This document shows, piece by piece, positions 12,118 to 24,744 of a stretch of 64,000 nucleotides of DNA. The stretch's first letter is position 1, and every line of letters begins with the position of its first letter. The stretch comes from the human T2T-CHM13v2.0 reference genome, Homo sapiens, in the NCBI RefSeq assembly GCF_009914755.1, contig NC_060926.1. One strand, 5' to 3'. The notes beneath the pieces were generated by a model. The model was given only the letters and a program-made list of their open reading frames with translations. It made no database searches and had not been told where the DNA came from. The position numbers were made by a program, and so were the translations under genes.

Positions 12118-13502
12118 GCTCTACCATGTAATAGACAAAATTGAGACTATCTAATGAAAAGTGAGAGTTGCATTGTTCTGAAGTTAATTGTTCTCTATAA
12201 TTTAGGGCAACACAACTTTCCATTTGTCTATAACAGAGACACAATTTCAGTCCCTAATAAATGTCATCAAGTCTGACAAAATGGCCTCTTCTCGATGACA
12301 TGGCTTCCGTCTTCCCAAAGAATCTTGGTGTATTGAGACCTGCAGCCTTGTAACTGGAAGATAAGAGCTGTTTTGTGTTTCTTTTCTTTCTTCAGACAGC
12401 AGCCAGACATGGCGCTCTGCACACAATAGGTGTCAAAGAATGCTATTGACAGAATGTCTGGGTGTTTCAGTCATTTGGAATGCATATCACTACCTATTGT
12501 TCATATTTGAAGCACAAACAGCATTAATACTGATGGCCTGTGGCTTCTGAATTCTTTTCACAGCTCTCTCTTCATTTAGTCTAATTACTGTAATGGGCAG
12601 AGCACCCCTTCCGTTTTGACAGTTAAGATGAAGGAAATTGAAAATTCGAAAAGACCATAAAGGACAGACTCTCAAGAAAAGAATCCATTAAAGTCAGTTA
12701 AAAGTTATCTCAAATCCTCAGCATCCAATGTCTCTTACTTAAAATTTCCCATTTTGTTAAAGCATAAATGAAGTGGCTCCTTTTTTTCCCCTGCCTGAAG
12801 ATCACAAAAACCATTTCGCTTTGGAAATGAGTCCTCTACTTTTGTGTGTAAGTGTACTTAAAATTTTATATAGGTATGAATAAGAACAGCCAATCTTACC
12901 CTTTGTCATTTCCGGAAGTGAATTTTCTCCTTGCATCCTCTGAAAGGGTTAATAGAGAAAGGGCATATGAAGAGCTGGTAAGTGGGGCTGTTTATCCGTC
13001 TGCTGTAAGATTAATAACACGCTACACAATTCTCAGTTATTGTATTTATGAGCAAAAATAGCCTTGGGCAAAACTGAGAAAGTTGTCTTTGCTATCAACA
13101 AACTTTTATTTTCTTTATCTCCTTTGCCAATCTCCTTCTCAAACTTCTAGAACTTAGTGCCCAATCTTTCTGCTGCCCCTTAGACGCCCAAGCCCAAACC
13201 CACACCTAGGCCTATGCTTCAATATTCCCTCCAGGGAAGCTTTGTGCCAGACTCTTCTTGACTCCTTTCTCTTTTTTCTAACTTGCTCTCCTCCCAGGCT
13301 TTGCTTGATATTTGGCTAACAAATGTGATCAGCTCCTCCGTTTAAGGTAGCAATGACCAGTTATTATTTAATGTGTTACAGAAGTGTTGCATCATATGCA
13401 CATTTAACTTAAATAAATCAAGCATGAGCACAGGGTTTGGGGGCTGAGAAAGATGACAGAAAGAAGAGGAATTAAATAGTGAGAGAGTCACAGGTTTTCC
13501 AT

Positions 13503-13859
13503 TGCATTAGTCAACCCAGGCTGTAACAAAATACCATAGACTGTGTGGCTTAAGCAACAGAAATTCATTCTCCTGCTGTTCTGGAGACTGAAGGTCTGAG
13601 ATCAGGTTGGCACCATGGTTGGGTTCTGGTGAGGGCTCCCTTGGTAGCTTGCAGACAGCTACCTTCTCACTGTCTCCTCACATGGCAGAAAGATAGAGCT
13701 GTATCTCTTCTTCTTTCATATAAGGCTACCAATCTTATTGTATTAGGGCTCTACCCTTATGACCTCATTTAACTGTAATTTCCTCCTAAGAACCTGTCTC
13801 CAAAAACAGAGCTTCAACATGAATCTGGGTGTCGGGGTGGCACAATTCAGTCCATAGCA
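13503..13859 (-). mobile_element. MaLR solo LTR (MLT1A-like)
   Basis: tgcattagtc...gctgtaacaaaataccatagactgtgtggcttaagcaacagaaattc...cacaattcagtccatagca. Confidence 0.85.
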
Positions 13860-15359
13860 CTTATTCACTCCATCTGCGAATGACCAGGAATAACCAAGAT
13901 GGCAGATGGAAGTCTGCTTTTCCTTGGTCTGTCTTAGTTTCTGCTTTCATTGTGTAAGTGTTTTGTTGAGCTGAGTTTGATAAAATGTAAACCCATGTAA
14001 ATTTTCTACAGTATGGCTAACTACTTTATCTGATGATCAGATAAGAAATAATTCTCTGTTCCAATAATGCTAGGGAAGAAAAAATCCTGATTTGTTGAGA
14101 AATGGCATTTGTGGGTGTTTTTCTTCATGGGTAATTTAAGGAACTTTCAAAGGTAATTTTATGTGTGTGTGATTTTTTCACCTAAGGAATTACTTTTAGG
14201 ACTTCATTATACTTTTGGATTTTAATAGGTTCAAATATTATAACCCAAGGTCATGAGTAGCTTAGGGATTAGGGGGCACTTATTAGGGTATATTTGGGGT
14301 AAGGAGACCAAGGGAAACTTTAAAAGTATGCATAGGTGATGTTCTACTCTGACTATATATAATAATAAAAAAGAATTAATTTTTATATATGATTCTGTGA
14401 TGGTAATAAAATAACCCGCACAAAAAAATAACATGAAGTACGAAACTCCAGATGGCTTGTTTAATTCAGGGGAATATTTATCAGTATGATGCAGGAATGG
14501 TTGGTCAATGAGTTCTATACAGGGGGAGAGACATTTTCAGATGTGCTTCCCTAGAAACTTCTCTCTTATTGAAAGCTGAATTTACAAAGAGATAATTGCC
14601 TGATAGGGAGCAGTTGCAGAACAACTTATTTAACATTTACTTTTTCAGGAGATATTTGAGTGCTGACTATGTGCCAACAACAAAAAGCCCATTGCATTCA
14701 TACAATTACCTTGCTTTAGAGATAACACCCCTTTACTCTTTTACAAACATCATTTCACACAGGCAGGAATCATAAGCCTCATTTTGAATTTGGGGACTTG
14801 GAGGTGCAAAAGGGCTTATTTTCAAAGATGAAAATACCAACAGAGTATCCTCTGCATGTCTCGTTTTAAAATCCTGAGATAATCTGCTTGGCCAATGAAG
14901 ATACTGCCTTGTGTCTGATCATACTCCAGATTTGGTCAGCTATGACTGGGAGGCAGGAGAGGAGTAGAAATATGATTGCGGATGTGGACTGCAGCTATTC
15001 CTAGAAGGAGGAATGCACAGTTAGTACAAAACATAACCAGTACACTCACCAGCAAGGCAAAGTAGAGAAATATTTTTCAGCCACTCAGCTAAAAGAAATA
15101 AAACCTGTACTTCAAAAAGTAGGTTTCTGACAGTGGCAGGAAAATCTTTAATTAACATCAGAGTTATTTAACATTTTCATAACTAAAACTACCCTTGACC
15201 ATTTTTTGTCCTCTTTTGCATGGAAAGACAGAGACGTTACTACATGTATTTTTGGCTGTTTCAAATCCATTAAGTACAGGTCTCCAAAATAGGGAGGATG
15301 TGTGGGTTATTTTATTGTTGTTATTGTTTTACCCCTTATTTACACTATGGTGTTTGCAC

Positions 15360-15388
<29 letters not shown>
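15360..15388. repeat. (CA)n microsatellite, ~14 units
   Basis: Uninterrupted cacaca run. Confidence 0.97.
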
Positions 15389-15390
<2 letters not shown>

Positions 15391-16029
15391 ACATCTGTGT
15401 TCTAGAACAGTGAGGAATGAGCAGTGGGCTCCCCAAACACAGCTCCATCTGCCTGTCCTGAGGATGTTGCTGTCAGGTAAGGCCCTCTCCCGAGGTGAAT
15501 AATTATCTCACTGCTAATGTGTTAGGAGAAGGAAAAGTCCTAAAAAAACTACTGGGCAAGGAAATTTCCAAGAAAAGAATCTAAAATGGATCTGGATGTG
15601 TTTATTTTATTCCCAGTCATACAAGCAAAATAATTGCAGGGATGGAAGAAAAAGATGAAAAAGGTAAATAAAGTTCAAAATTTTAGGCTAAAAATTGGGC
15701 CACGTTTTTGAAAAGGAATTATTGGTAAAGAACAAAGAGAAAGTAGGGAGCAATAGAATAACTCACTTTGATCTTAAGTTTCAAAAAAGCAACTTGATAT
15801 TTCTTATACGCCCAGCTATGGGTTTGACAGATAGCTTTATGAAAGCGCCCCAGGAAGGCAAGTATATCTGGAAAGCTAATGGCAATGTGGTCGGACCTTT
15901 GAGCTTAAGGATCTATCTTGATTAATTCATTACTCCAGGTCTGTCCTCAAGTGAACCTGAACCTGAACCTGGTACACGAAACCACTCCTTTCTAGAGGAA
16001 CTATGTTATAATTACTTGTCAAAACAAAA

Positions 16030-16255
16030 CATTCAAAACTATAGACTTGGAATTCAATTGGGTTTGGGTTCCATCTCTGATCATACCTCCTAAAGCCTAT
16101 TGTACCTGGATAAATTATTTTTCTAGTCCTGAAACTCATTTTCCAAACAGTGAAAATTACTTTATTCGATAAGTATTGTTGAGATGATTAAATGAGATAA
16201 TACATGTTATGTACTGACTAGTATATGATGGAGCCTCAAAAAAAAAAAAAAAAGA
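16030..16255 (+). mobile_element. MIR SINE followed by an A-run
   Basis: gttgagatgattaaatgagataatacatg...ggagcctcaaaaaa, a MIR 3' end. Confidence 0.6.
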
Positions 16256-16287
16256 GTTTCTATTACTGTAACCTACTTGTCTTTTTC

Positions 16288-16407
16288 TAGGGTAACCAAC
16301 CATCTGGGTTTGCACTAAAAGCCCTGGACTCTGTAGGTTGTAACACTGAAAGTCCCATGTCCTGGGAACCTCTCAGTTCTGGGCAAACTGGGATGGTGGT
16401 TGCCCTA
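16288..16407. mobile_element. MER81-like hAT-Blackjack MITE
   Basis: TIRs tagggtaacca / tggttgcccta; internal cactgaaagtccca...gggcaaactggga. Confidence 0.75.
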
Positions 16408-16509
16408 ATCATTCATCTTTTGGGAAACTGCCTCTTCAACCAAACCTCCTTGATTCCAATGCGTACTTCATGTACTCCTTATTCTCTGTGGTGCTTCCTA
16501 CCATGTTAA

Positions 16510-16750
16510 TTTAAGAGACCCTCACACAGTGCTTAGTATGTGCCAGACTCTGTTTTCAGCTTTTTCAAATATTTGCTTATTTAATCTTCATAAAAACTCT
16601 CTAAGGAGGTACTTTTATCATCCCTATTTACAGATGAGGAAACTGAGGGAGAAATTGCAGAAGGTCCCACAGCTATAGAGGGGAGGAGCTGGAATTCAAA
16701 CTTTCAGATTCTGATTCTGGAGTCCATGCTGTTAACCACTAGCCTTATGC
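16510..16750 (-). mobile_element. MIR SINE
   Basis: tatttacagatgaggaaactgagg...ggagctggaattcaaac...tctgattctggagtccatgctgttaaccact. Confidence 0.75.
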
Positions 16751-17849
16751 TGACTGTGAAGAGTATGTCTATTCTAATCTGTAGTATCTGGAATCAACAT
16801 GAGAATTCCATTTTTAGCTCTTTCACTGATTTAAAACTTCACTTTATACCTCTGAGTTTGCAGAGACATAACCTGAGGCAAATACTTAAACAGGATATTC
16901 AGGGCTTGCAGAATTGTGGGGGAAACGACCCTATAAAAGGCAGGACAGTAATATTGTCAGATGATATGCAAGACCAAGTTTTCCATTGTCTTTCAGATCC
17001 CTGGTTTTTACTTTTATTCTCTTAAACAATATCATCGATGTTTTTATTTAGAATGAGCTGGCTCCTTTGAAAGAGGGTAAAAGAGAGATTTGATAGAAGA
17101 AAACACCAAAAGCATCTAATCAAGTCAACTATTTTGACTGTGGATTTGGGTAGCCATATAAAAATCGTTAGCATCATCTAGATTTTAAATGTTATCTATG
17201 TTGTATTTTGAATTAAGTACTCATTTTTACTTGAAATATCTTCTTCTCCCTTGCACCCTGACACTTCTCACCCCAAGCACACATTCACACAGCTTTCGCA
17301 ATCTCTTGACTACTGGCAAGTGGTTCTGCTAAAACCTTGATTAACAGTTACATGATTTTGCCACAATAGCCTGAGGCTCTTTAATATGAATAGTGGTGCA
17401 GGTGGGTTGAGTATGTGCTCAAAGATCCCTCAATCTTCTCTTTGCATATCCAATTTACCACTTTTCCTGGAAATATTTGAGGATATGGAAATTTTCTGCC
17501 TGTCCCCTTTCACTGATGCATTTAGAATTCATAAATGCTTTATTCCAAGACTTTTTTCTTTAAGTCACAAATTTAAATTCAACAGAAGGCATGTGACATC
17601 ATTTCATGTTATTTCATATGTTTTGATAGCAGTCAACATGAGATTTCTGAAGGGTAAGGTACTATTTTGGGTACTTTCTGAAATAAAATGGTGGTACTCA
17701 AGATTATTCTAGAGCCGTTTCACACAGCACATTCTGTTAGCCCCTAGAATATAAACCAGAACTTGCCTCTCACAGACATGCTACCTAAGAATATCTTCAT
17801 GATTGGCTTTTAAATCCATTTTAGGAGTCTTTGAGCTCCTGATTTATGC

Positions 17850-18480
17850 AAGACATAGTGCTCAAATGTCCTTTTTTGAATGTTAAGTTTCAGAAGATGA
17901 GGTCCCTGACTTTAAGTTGTGTCCAGAGGGATACAAAGTAGAGCATGATAAGATTTATAATGGAAGTGCACAGAGCTCTGGAAAGGCAGAAAAAGAAGAG
18001 ATTGCCTACGATGGGGCGAGGGAGAGGGAAAAGATTGGCTGGGGCATCTTAGAAGAGATGGCATCTGAGCACACCCTTGAGGGATAACTAAGATATGAAC
18101 AGATGGAGATGGGTAAGAAGGACAGTTCAAGCTCAGAGGACAACAAAAGCAAAGGCATATTAGGCAAAAGACAAAGTAGGAAATGGCAAGGCTTCTCAGG
18201 AGGAGGACAGGTCATGCCACGTGTCTGGCACAGAGGGATATCAATGCTGTACTGCCAGGGAGAGGGGGGATAATCAGGTATAATGCCAGGAGGTCTTGGC
18301 ATGCTTTTAGTGTGGATTTGTTTTATGCGTGAAGGGAGTAATTGCTTGAGTAATGTATTTGAGATTATTGAATATAATAAAGGATACAGAATGTTGCTCC
18401 ATAGTTAACTATAATGACTATCATCTTTAGTTTGGGAAGCTCTCATAAATAGGAGTGACCAGATCATGTTTAGAAGAGGT
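17850..18480 (-). mobile_element. L2 LINE fragment
   Basis: Purine-rich L2-like text: ggcatctgagcacacccttgagggataac...aggagtgaccagatcatgtttagaagag. Confidence 0.5.
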
Positions 18481-19369
18481 TCTTAGCTATTTATTTTCCT
18501 CCACTTACAAACTTCTTTATTCTCCCACCAGCCCTTAAAAGCAATAGGGTGGAAAAGAGAGCAGAGAGGACATCAGGTCTGGCATTTGATGATGTGGTAA
18601 TCTTACCATCCATTCCTTAAGATTTGTTACGCCAGATTTGAAGTAAACAATACAACCAAAAACTATTTATCACGGAAGGAAATGATAATAGTCATTAACA
18701 TTACAGCTAATATTTTTTGAGCACATAATGTATGCCAAGCACTATTCCAGGTCCTTCACAATGTTATTTCATTTCCCATTCCCACGAGAACCCGATAAGT
18801 TAACTGGCCTGGAAGGTGGAATTGGCAGAGACTTCACAGAGGAGTCAGGTCTTGAGATGACCTTGGAGAAAGGAAGGATTCCAAAGGTTGTATACAACAA
18901 AGGACAGGTTGTCTTTATAGAGAAAATGTGAGCAAATGAATGCATATAAATGTATTTTCATAAAAGGTGAAGAAACTGAAACAGGGAAAGGTTAATAATT
19001 TAACTAAAGTCCAGGATTCAAATTGAGCAGGACTAACTCTGAGATTTGAATCTTTAATTTTATGGCTTGAGTCTAGGTTGTAGGACCCCAGAATCTATGT
19101 CTGTTAATCCCTGTTTTACAGTGCTCTCCAAGTTGAAAAACTCAGAGTTTTACAAATGTTAATATAATGAGTGCCTTTTATGTAAAACATATGTTAACCA
19201 CCACAAGGAACTTTGCCCTCAAGTAACTTTTCTCTTACCAAGGGAAGCTGAATACCCAACTAAGATGCACTTCTTCATTTTTGCATTTTCATTGAATTCA
19301 CCGAAAGAAAACAGAAAGGGAATAGCATTCATTGAATACCTAAGGTGGATATGAATTAATGCTTCATAT

Positions 19370-19770
19370 ACATAATTGTTTAAAATGGCCTGAAATATAA
19401 TTTACCAATTTAAAGTGTTTAATTCAACACCTTTCAGTATTTTTACAGAGTTGTGCAATCATCCCCATGATCTGATTTTGGAAAATTTCATCAGCTCCCC
19501 CAAAAATCCATACTCATAAGCAGTTGCTGTCCATTCTACCACTCTGTCCATCCCCTGTCAAAGAGAACCATTAATCTTTCTGTATCTGTAGATTTGTTTA
19601 TTCTTGACATTTCATATGTAAAATCAGGAAATATGTGGTCTTTTGTGACTGGCTTTTTCCACCTGGAAGAGCATAATGTTTTCTAGATTCATCCCTGTTG
19701 TAGCAGATAGCAGTTTTTTATTTTCTTTTTAAATTGCTGAATAATATTCCATAGTATGGATATATGGCCA
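19370..19770 (-). mobile_element. Old L1M (L1MB-like) 3' fragment
   Basis: cagagttgtgcaatcatc...ttcttgacatttcatat...atgttttctagattcatccctgttgtagca...attgctgaataatattccatagtatggatata. Confidence 0.75.
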
Positions 19771-21097
19771 CTTGTGTTGGAGTGACATCTGGGTTCCACA
19801 AGCAGGATGCTGGGCTGGGGCAGCCACCACTGGCCTTCTCAACTTGTCTGTCCTTGTGTGGAACCTCTGCCCTATGAATGAGCAGAGATAAGGGTGGGCT
19901 AGGCCTAAGATTAAAGGCCTATAAGCTTAGGTAGAGCTTCCACCCCGTGAGTTGGGGCAGGGTAGAGGAAGAGGCCTCCAGACTTCTCAGCTGTTTTTGT
20001 CTAGTATTAAAACCTCTGCAATACAGATGGTGGATAGTGAGGTGGGGAGATGCTGCAGTTCTCAACTGGGAGCTGGGAGAAGACAGAGCCCTGTGTTCTT
20101 GGTTCTACCTACCTGGAGTGGAGCTTCATCATGCAGAGCTGGGTGTGGTGAGGAAGAGACTTTTGCTGCCACAGTCTCTTGCTGTTTGGTAGGTTGAAGG
20201 TGTGTTTTCTTTTTCTTCCCACTAGTTACGACTGTTTTGCTGGGAGAGGGTCTCAGAGCTCCCCATACCATCATTATAGAAGTCATCTAGCTATGCATTT
20301 AATCTTTACAATTTTTAAGCCTATTTTCTCTGTTAATCATTAGAACAACCTAAGAGTAAGGTAGTAAACATCAGAGCCAGGGTTTGAATCAGACATTTGA
20401 ATAGTATCTTATTGTGGTACATGCTTAGTAACATGTCCTCAATAAATTAATGAACCAAAAATATCAAGCAATACAATTTAGGAACGAATAAGCTTCCAGA
20501 TGATGGATAGTAATAATAAAGGCTACTGTGGTTGGGTTGAGAGAGACATCATGAAGCGTTATTTTTGCTATGATGGGAAAAATGTAATTTCTCACGAACT
20601 GCTGAATTCTTTGTACCTAAACTATCGGTCTTTATGACCAAAATACACTGTACAGCCAGTTCATCAATTCTGCCATAGTAGTGGTGCTTAATTCATTGTG
20701 AGAGATTATGCATTTGGTGACTTCACATACAGAGCAAAACCCCTGGAGGGGAAGTGGCTACTTAATGTTAACACTGCTGGAATTCTGGCACCTTGGGGCA
20801 TGTTTGGGAAAGCCGCAGGGAGTTTTATTTGCCCAGTGCCCAGTGGGATTGCTGGAAGTAATTGAAGATGATAAACACATGGAGGAAGGTAGAGAAAAAG
20901 AGCAATTTCTAAACATATCAAGTAATGTCCTAATGAGCAGAGAGCTTACCTTGGAATGATAAAAGGTTTAAATGGTCAGGCTCAGTTCAGGAAAACAGGC
21001 TGATGATTTAGGATGTTCTACTGTGGTATAACGTATATTATCTTTTAGCCCAATACCTGGGAATAATATGTCCCAATTTTAGAAAAATGAGAGAATG

Positions 21098-21151
21098 AGC
21101 GTGAGAGAGAGAAAGTGAGACCGAGAGCAAGAGCAAGAGAGAGAGAGAGAG
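21098..21151. repeat. GA-rich / (GA)n simple repeat
   Basis: gagagagagaaagtgagaccgagagcaagagcaagagagagagagaga. Confidence 0.8.
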
Positions 21152-22635
21152 ATCGATAAATGAAATGGAGGTTTGTAGGCCTAGGGATATTGTAAGCTTT
21201 CTTTGCCTTTATTGTGGTGTTATGTATGGAAATGGGAAGATTGACAAGAAGTCCTATGAAAAATTAGTGAAGTTAGCCTGACAAGGGCCAATTCCCAAAG
21301 CTTTGTCTTGTTGAGCTCATGTTAGGAGATATGAAATCAAAAGCAGAAAACGGTAGGTGGGAGGTATTCTAGAGGCCCACTTAGAACTGGAAGGAATGAT
21401 GTTAACATGGTGGGTCCTTGTAATTATGCAGTTTTGCAGGCTGTGGAGCAGTAGCTCAGACAGGGGTTCAACTTCCCAAGGAGAATATACTGCCAGTTGG
21501 TGAAAAGGAGAAGAGATAATGGGCAATGAAGAGAAGCTTCAAAGGTGTGAATGGAGAGGTAATCTCAGCAATGATAAAGGAAATCATTGGTGCCTGAAAA
21601 AGTGTGCAAGTGATCCCAGAACCACACCAACAAGGAAGGTACCTGGACAGCTGGCATTTTTAGGCTACTTCTGGTGCAGGCTCCCAGCCCAAGACTCTTG
21701 TTATCATCGCTCCACTCATTAACGATATGTCAAGCATAAGGCAGGTCGAATGTACATGTCTCTAATGGTAATTTCTCTTTTGCAAAATGACTAAAATTGG
21801 GAAACTTTTTTTAAAAAGGAAAAAATATACACCCTAATTTCTGTGCTTTTGTTTATGCCTCCTTCTATCCTTTCTTTTGCAAGAACTCTCTGGCTCATGC
21901 CCATTAATACCTGATGCCAGATACTAGGGTCCATGATTGTAATTTCATCCTGCCTGTTTCCTTCCAGAGCAGTTAATCTTTCTCTTTGAGCTATAATAAC
22001 TGTGGTGCTGTAGTCTCAGAGCAGTGAAACCTAGTTAGACCTGGGCATGAAAATACTGCCTGCATTGAATTGAAACCTTGAAAAGTAGCCATAGTCCTTT
22101 CAGCTTCATTCATCTTGCAAAGCAAGTAGCAAAGTCTGCCAGATGGAAATAGTTTAATTTGGTAGATGGAAACATTTTTAAGACTTGTGGACTATATTAC
22201 AAATGTTACTAGTTGAAGTCTCTTGCACAACTTAGAATTGTTTTCTCCTGTGCTGTATCATTTAGAAAGCCCAAAAGATTACTTTAAAAAACGGAGTGAA
22301 ACAGAAAATCTGCCCCAGACAACTCTTGCAAAGTTTGCTGATATTATTTAGACATCAAACACTTTGTTATCAACTCTACTGGCTTAAAAGCTTTTCAAGT
22401 ATTTTTTTCTGCCCTCAGCGTATCTTTAAATGACAGGCATAGATGTTTGCCTTCATTTCTTAGCATCCTCACCCTAGGCATTCATTGTCTAAGCACTGGA
22501 GTTTCGGTCATCACATGAATGCGTACGAAATACGCAGCCAAGTCCACTGTCCTTTGCCACCTCTAGCTCTCATGGGTCATTGGATAATTGGATATTTGAA
22601 AAGCACCTTGAAATAAGGGCTATAAATAATTCTTT

Positions 22636-22856
22636 TCTCCATTTTTAGAAAGCTCCATGGAAAGAAGGGTCATTGGAAAAATCCTTGGATCACCCTGCAT
22701 GAAAGACTGGTGTTTATTTGCCTTGAAGTAATTCAGAGAGAAGGGAATATGGTGCAATGGAAGCAGGTCCTGAAGGAAAGGAGAATGGAGATCTAGTATT
22801 GGTTCTGCTACTAATTAGCTGTGTAAGCTCAGGAAATTCCCTTCACCTCAGGAGCC
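22636..22856 (+). repeat. Inverted duplication, arm A (apparently unique sequence plus a MIR fragment)
   Basis: Matches the reverse complement of 24525-24744, e.g. catggaaagaagggtcattggaaaa and gtaagctcaggaaattcccttca. Confidence 0.93.
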
Positions 22857-23264
22857 TGGATATGTAGAACAAGAAAGTTGAACTTGATAATCTCTAAGAT
22901 GCTTTTTGAATATTCTGCAAACACTTTACTCCTATGCAACCTTCTTAAGTCTTCTTGGGCTCTAAATAATGTGTCCTAATTTGTCATTAGGTAAGTGGCT
23001 CCTCTGATTCTGTAGAGAACTCCAGAAGTGTATTTGAGCACTGGAACACTCAAGTTATCCATAATAGAAGAGAAGTAAGTCTGGTATGCCAAGATAGGAG
23101 GAAGAAAGAATAATTGGTTCTCAGGAAGTGACTGGCATAATCATCATACACAATTTAAGATACAAACTCATGGTCTGCTCTTGGATACGAAACAATCCTC
23201 TCCTACAAAGCCTACTGATAATAGAAGACTAGAAGAGGAAAATGTTCATGTCTGGGGAAAAGCA

Positions 23265-23520
23265 GTAATTAAGGCAATGGGCTCTGAAGTCTGACAGATC
23301 TGAGTGTGGGACTCAAAGTTACCAGTTTCTTGCCGAGTTAAGAAAACTCGGGAAGTTTTCTTAACCTCTCTGATCTTCACTTGCTTATAAGAGGGGTTAT
23401 ATTAGAAATTATATGCATGATTTTTCTAATACAATTATCAAAAAATGATATAAAGTATGCTTATCATAATGTCTGACAAATAGTGCATAATATGTACTAG
23501 CCATTATTCTTATAATTAAT
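23265..23520 (+). mobile_element. MIR SINE
   Basis: gggctctgaagtctgacagatctgagt...cttaacctctctgatcttcac...atataaagtatgctt. Confidence 0.6.
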
Positions 23521-24524
23521 GATAGTCACTAGATGATAAAACTAATGTTTACTTTATAAATTACTCAATAAATACTTGCTATATATTTAGCACACTGTAG
23601 ATATGAAGAAGTGAAAGGCATGGTTTTATTCCTCAAAACTTAAAATCCTATCTATGAAAAAATTTGTCATCTATTATGGTGCTGAGCATATATATAAGTG
23701 TATGGATTGGTGATTTTCAGTTTCTTACATAGCAATTTGAAAGGTAGGATGCAATAGTTCATATATTTGGTCGTTAGAACAAAATAGAACAAAGCAAAAT
23801 TTCCCAATTACCTACTAATTTTAGCCAAACATCTATGAATACTATAATGCCGAAAAAGAAGTTTAAAAATTGTATTAATTCTGAAAACATGTATAGCCAT
23901 GTACATTTTAATCACATTAACAAACTTACCAGAAATGGTCTAGTTTAAAAAATATACCTAGTTGGATTTCATTTCAAAGGTTGCTGATTATATAATAATA
24001 ATCCTGAAAGTTGAAGCCTTGAAAAATTAAGCCGAATTCTAAAAATACTTCTTAATTGGATCATTTTGGAACCCCAGGTCTTTGATTCACATATAATTTT
24101 GGCATTGGGTTTTCAGAGTGTGTGACTATCAGGCACCTGGCAGAGATGGATTAGGTCCAAGTCCAACCAGATGCTTGGTGGCAGATGGCTCCCAGTGCAG
24201 TTACTCTAAACTTGGAATGTGTAAAAAGTTAAATGCTCAGAGGCTGAAACCTAATCCATTATGGGCATATGTGCTCTGAGTTTGGGGAAATCTGTGGCCA
24301 TGAAGGATAGTATTGTATACATAATAGTGAATGAGGATCCATGGACTAGCATGACCTCGAACTATTAAAATCTATCTCTCTAGGTGATTCCCAGGATCAG
24401 ATTTCTGGAACTCAACATAATAAACATAGCAGGAAGGAGCCACACTCATCATGTTCCAACTATTTTTTATGGCCCAGAGGAGAATGTGAGGTGTATTTAG
24501 CTTCATGTCTTGGGAAACTCACTG

Positions 24525-24744
24525 GGTTTCTGAGATGAAGGGAATTTCCTGAGCTTACAGAGTGAATTAGTAGCAGAGCCAATATTAGATCTTCCTTCTT
24601 TTCTCCATCAGGACCTATGTCCATTGCACCATGCTTCCTCTCCCTGAATTTACTCCAAGGCAAACAAACACCAGTCTTTTATGGAGGGTTTTTTTTTTTT
24701 TTTCCAATGACCCTTCTTTCCATGAAGTTTTCTAAAAATGGAGA
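24525..24744 (-). repeat. Inverted duplication, arm B
   Basis: tgaagggaatttcctgagcttac and ttttccaatgacccttctttccatg are exact reverse complements of segments in arm A. Confidence 0.93.
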
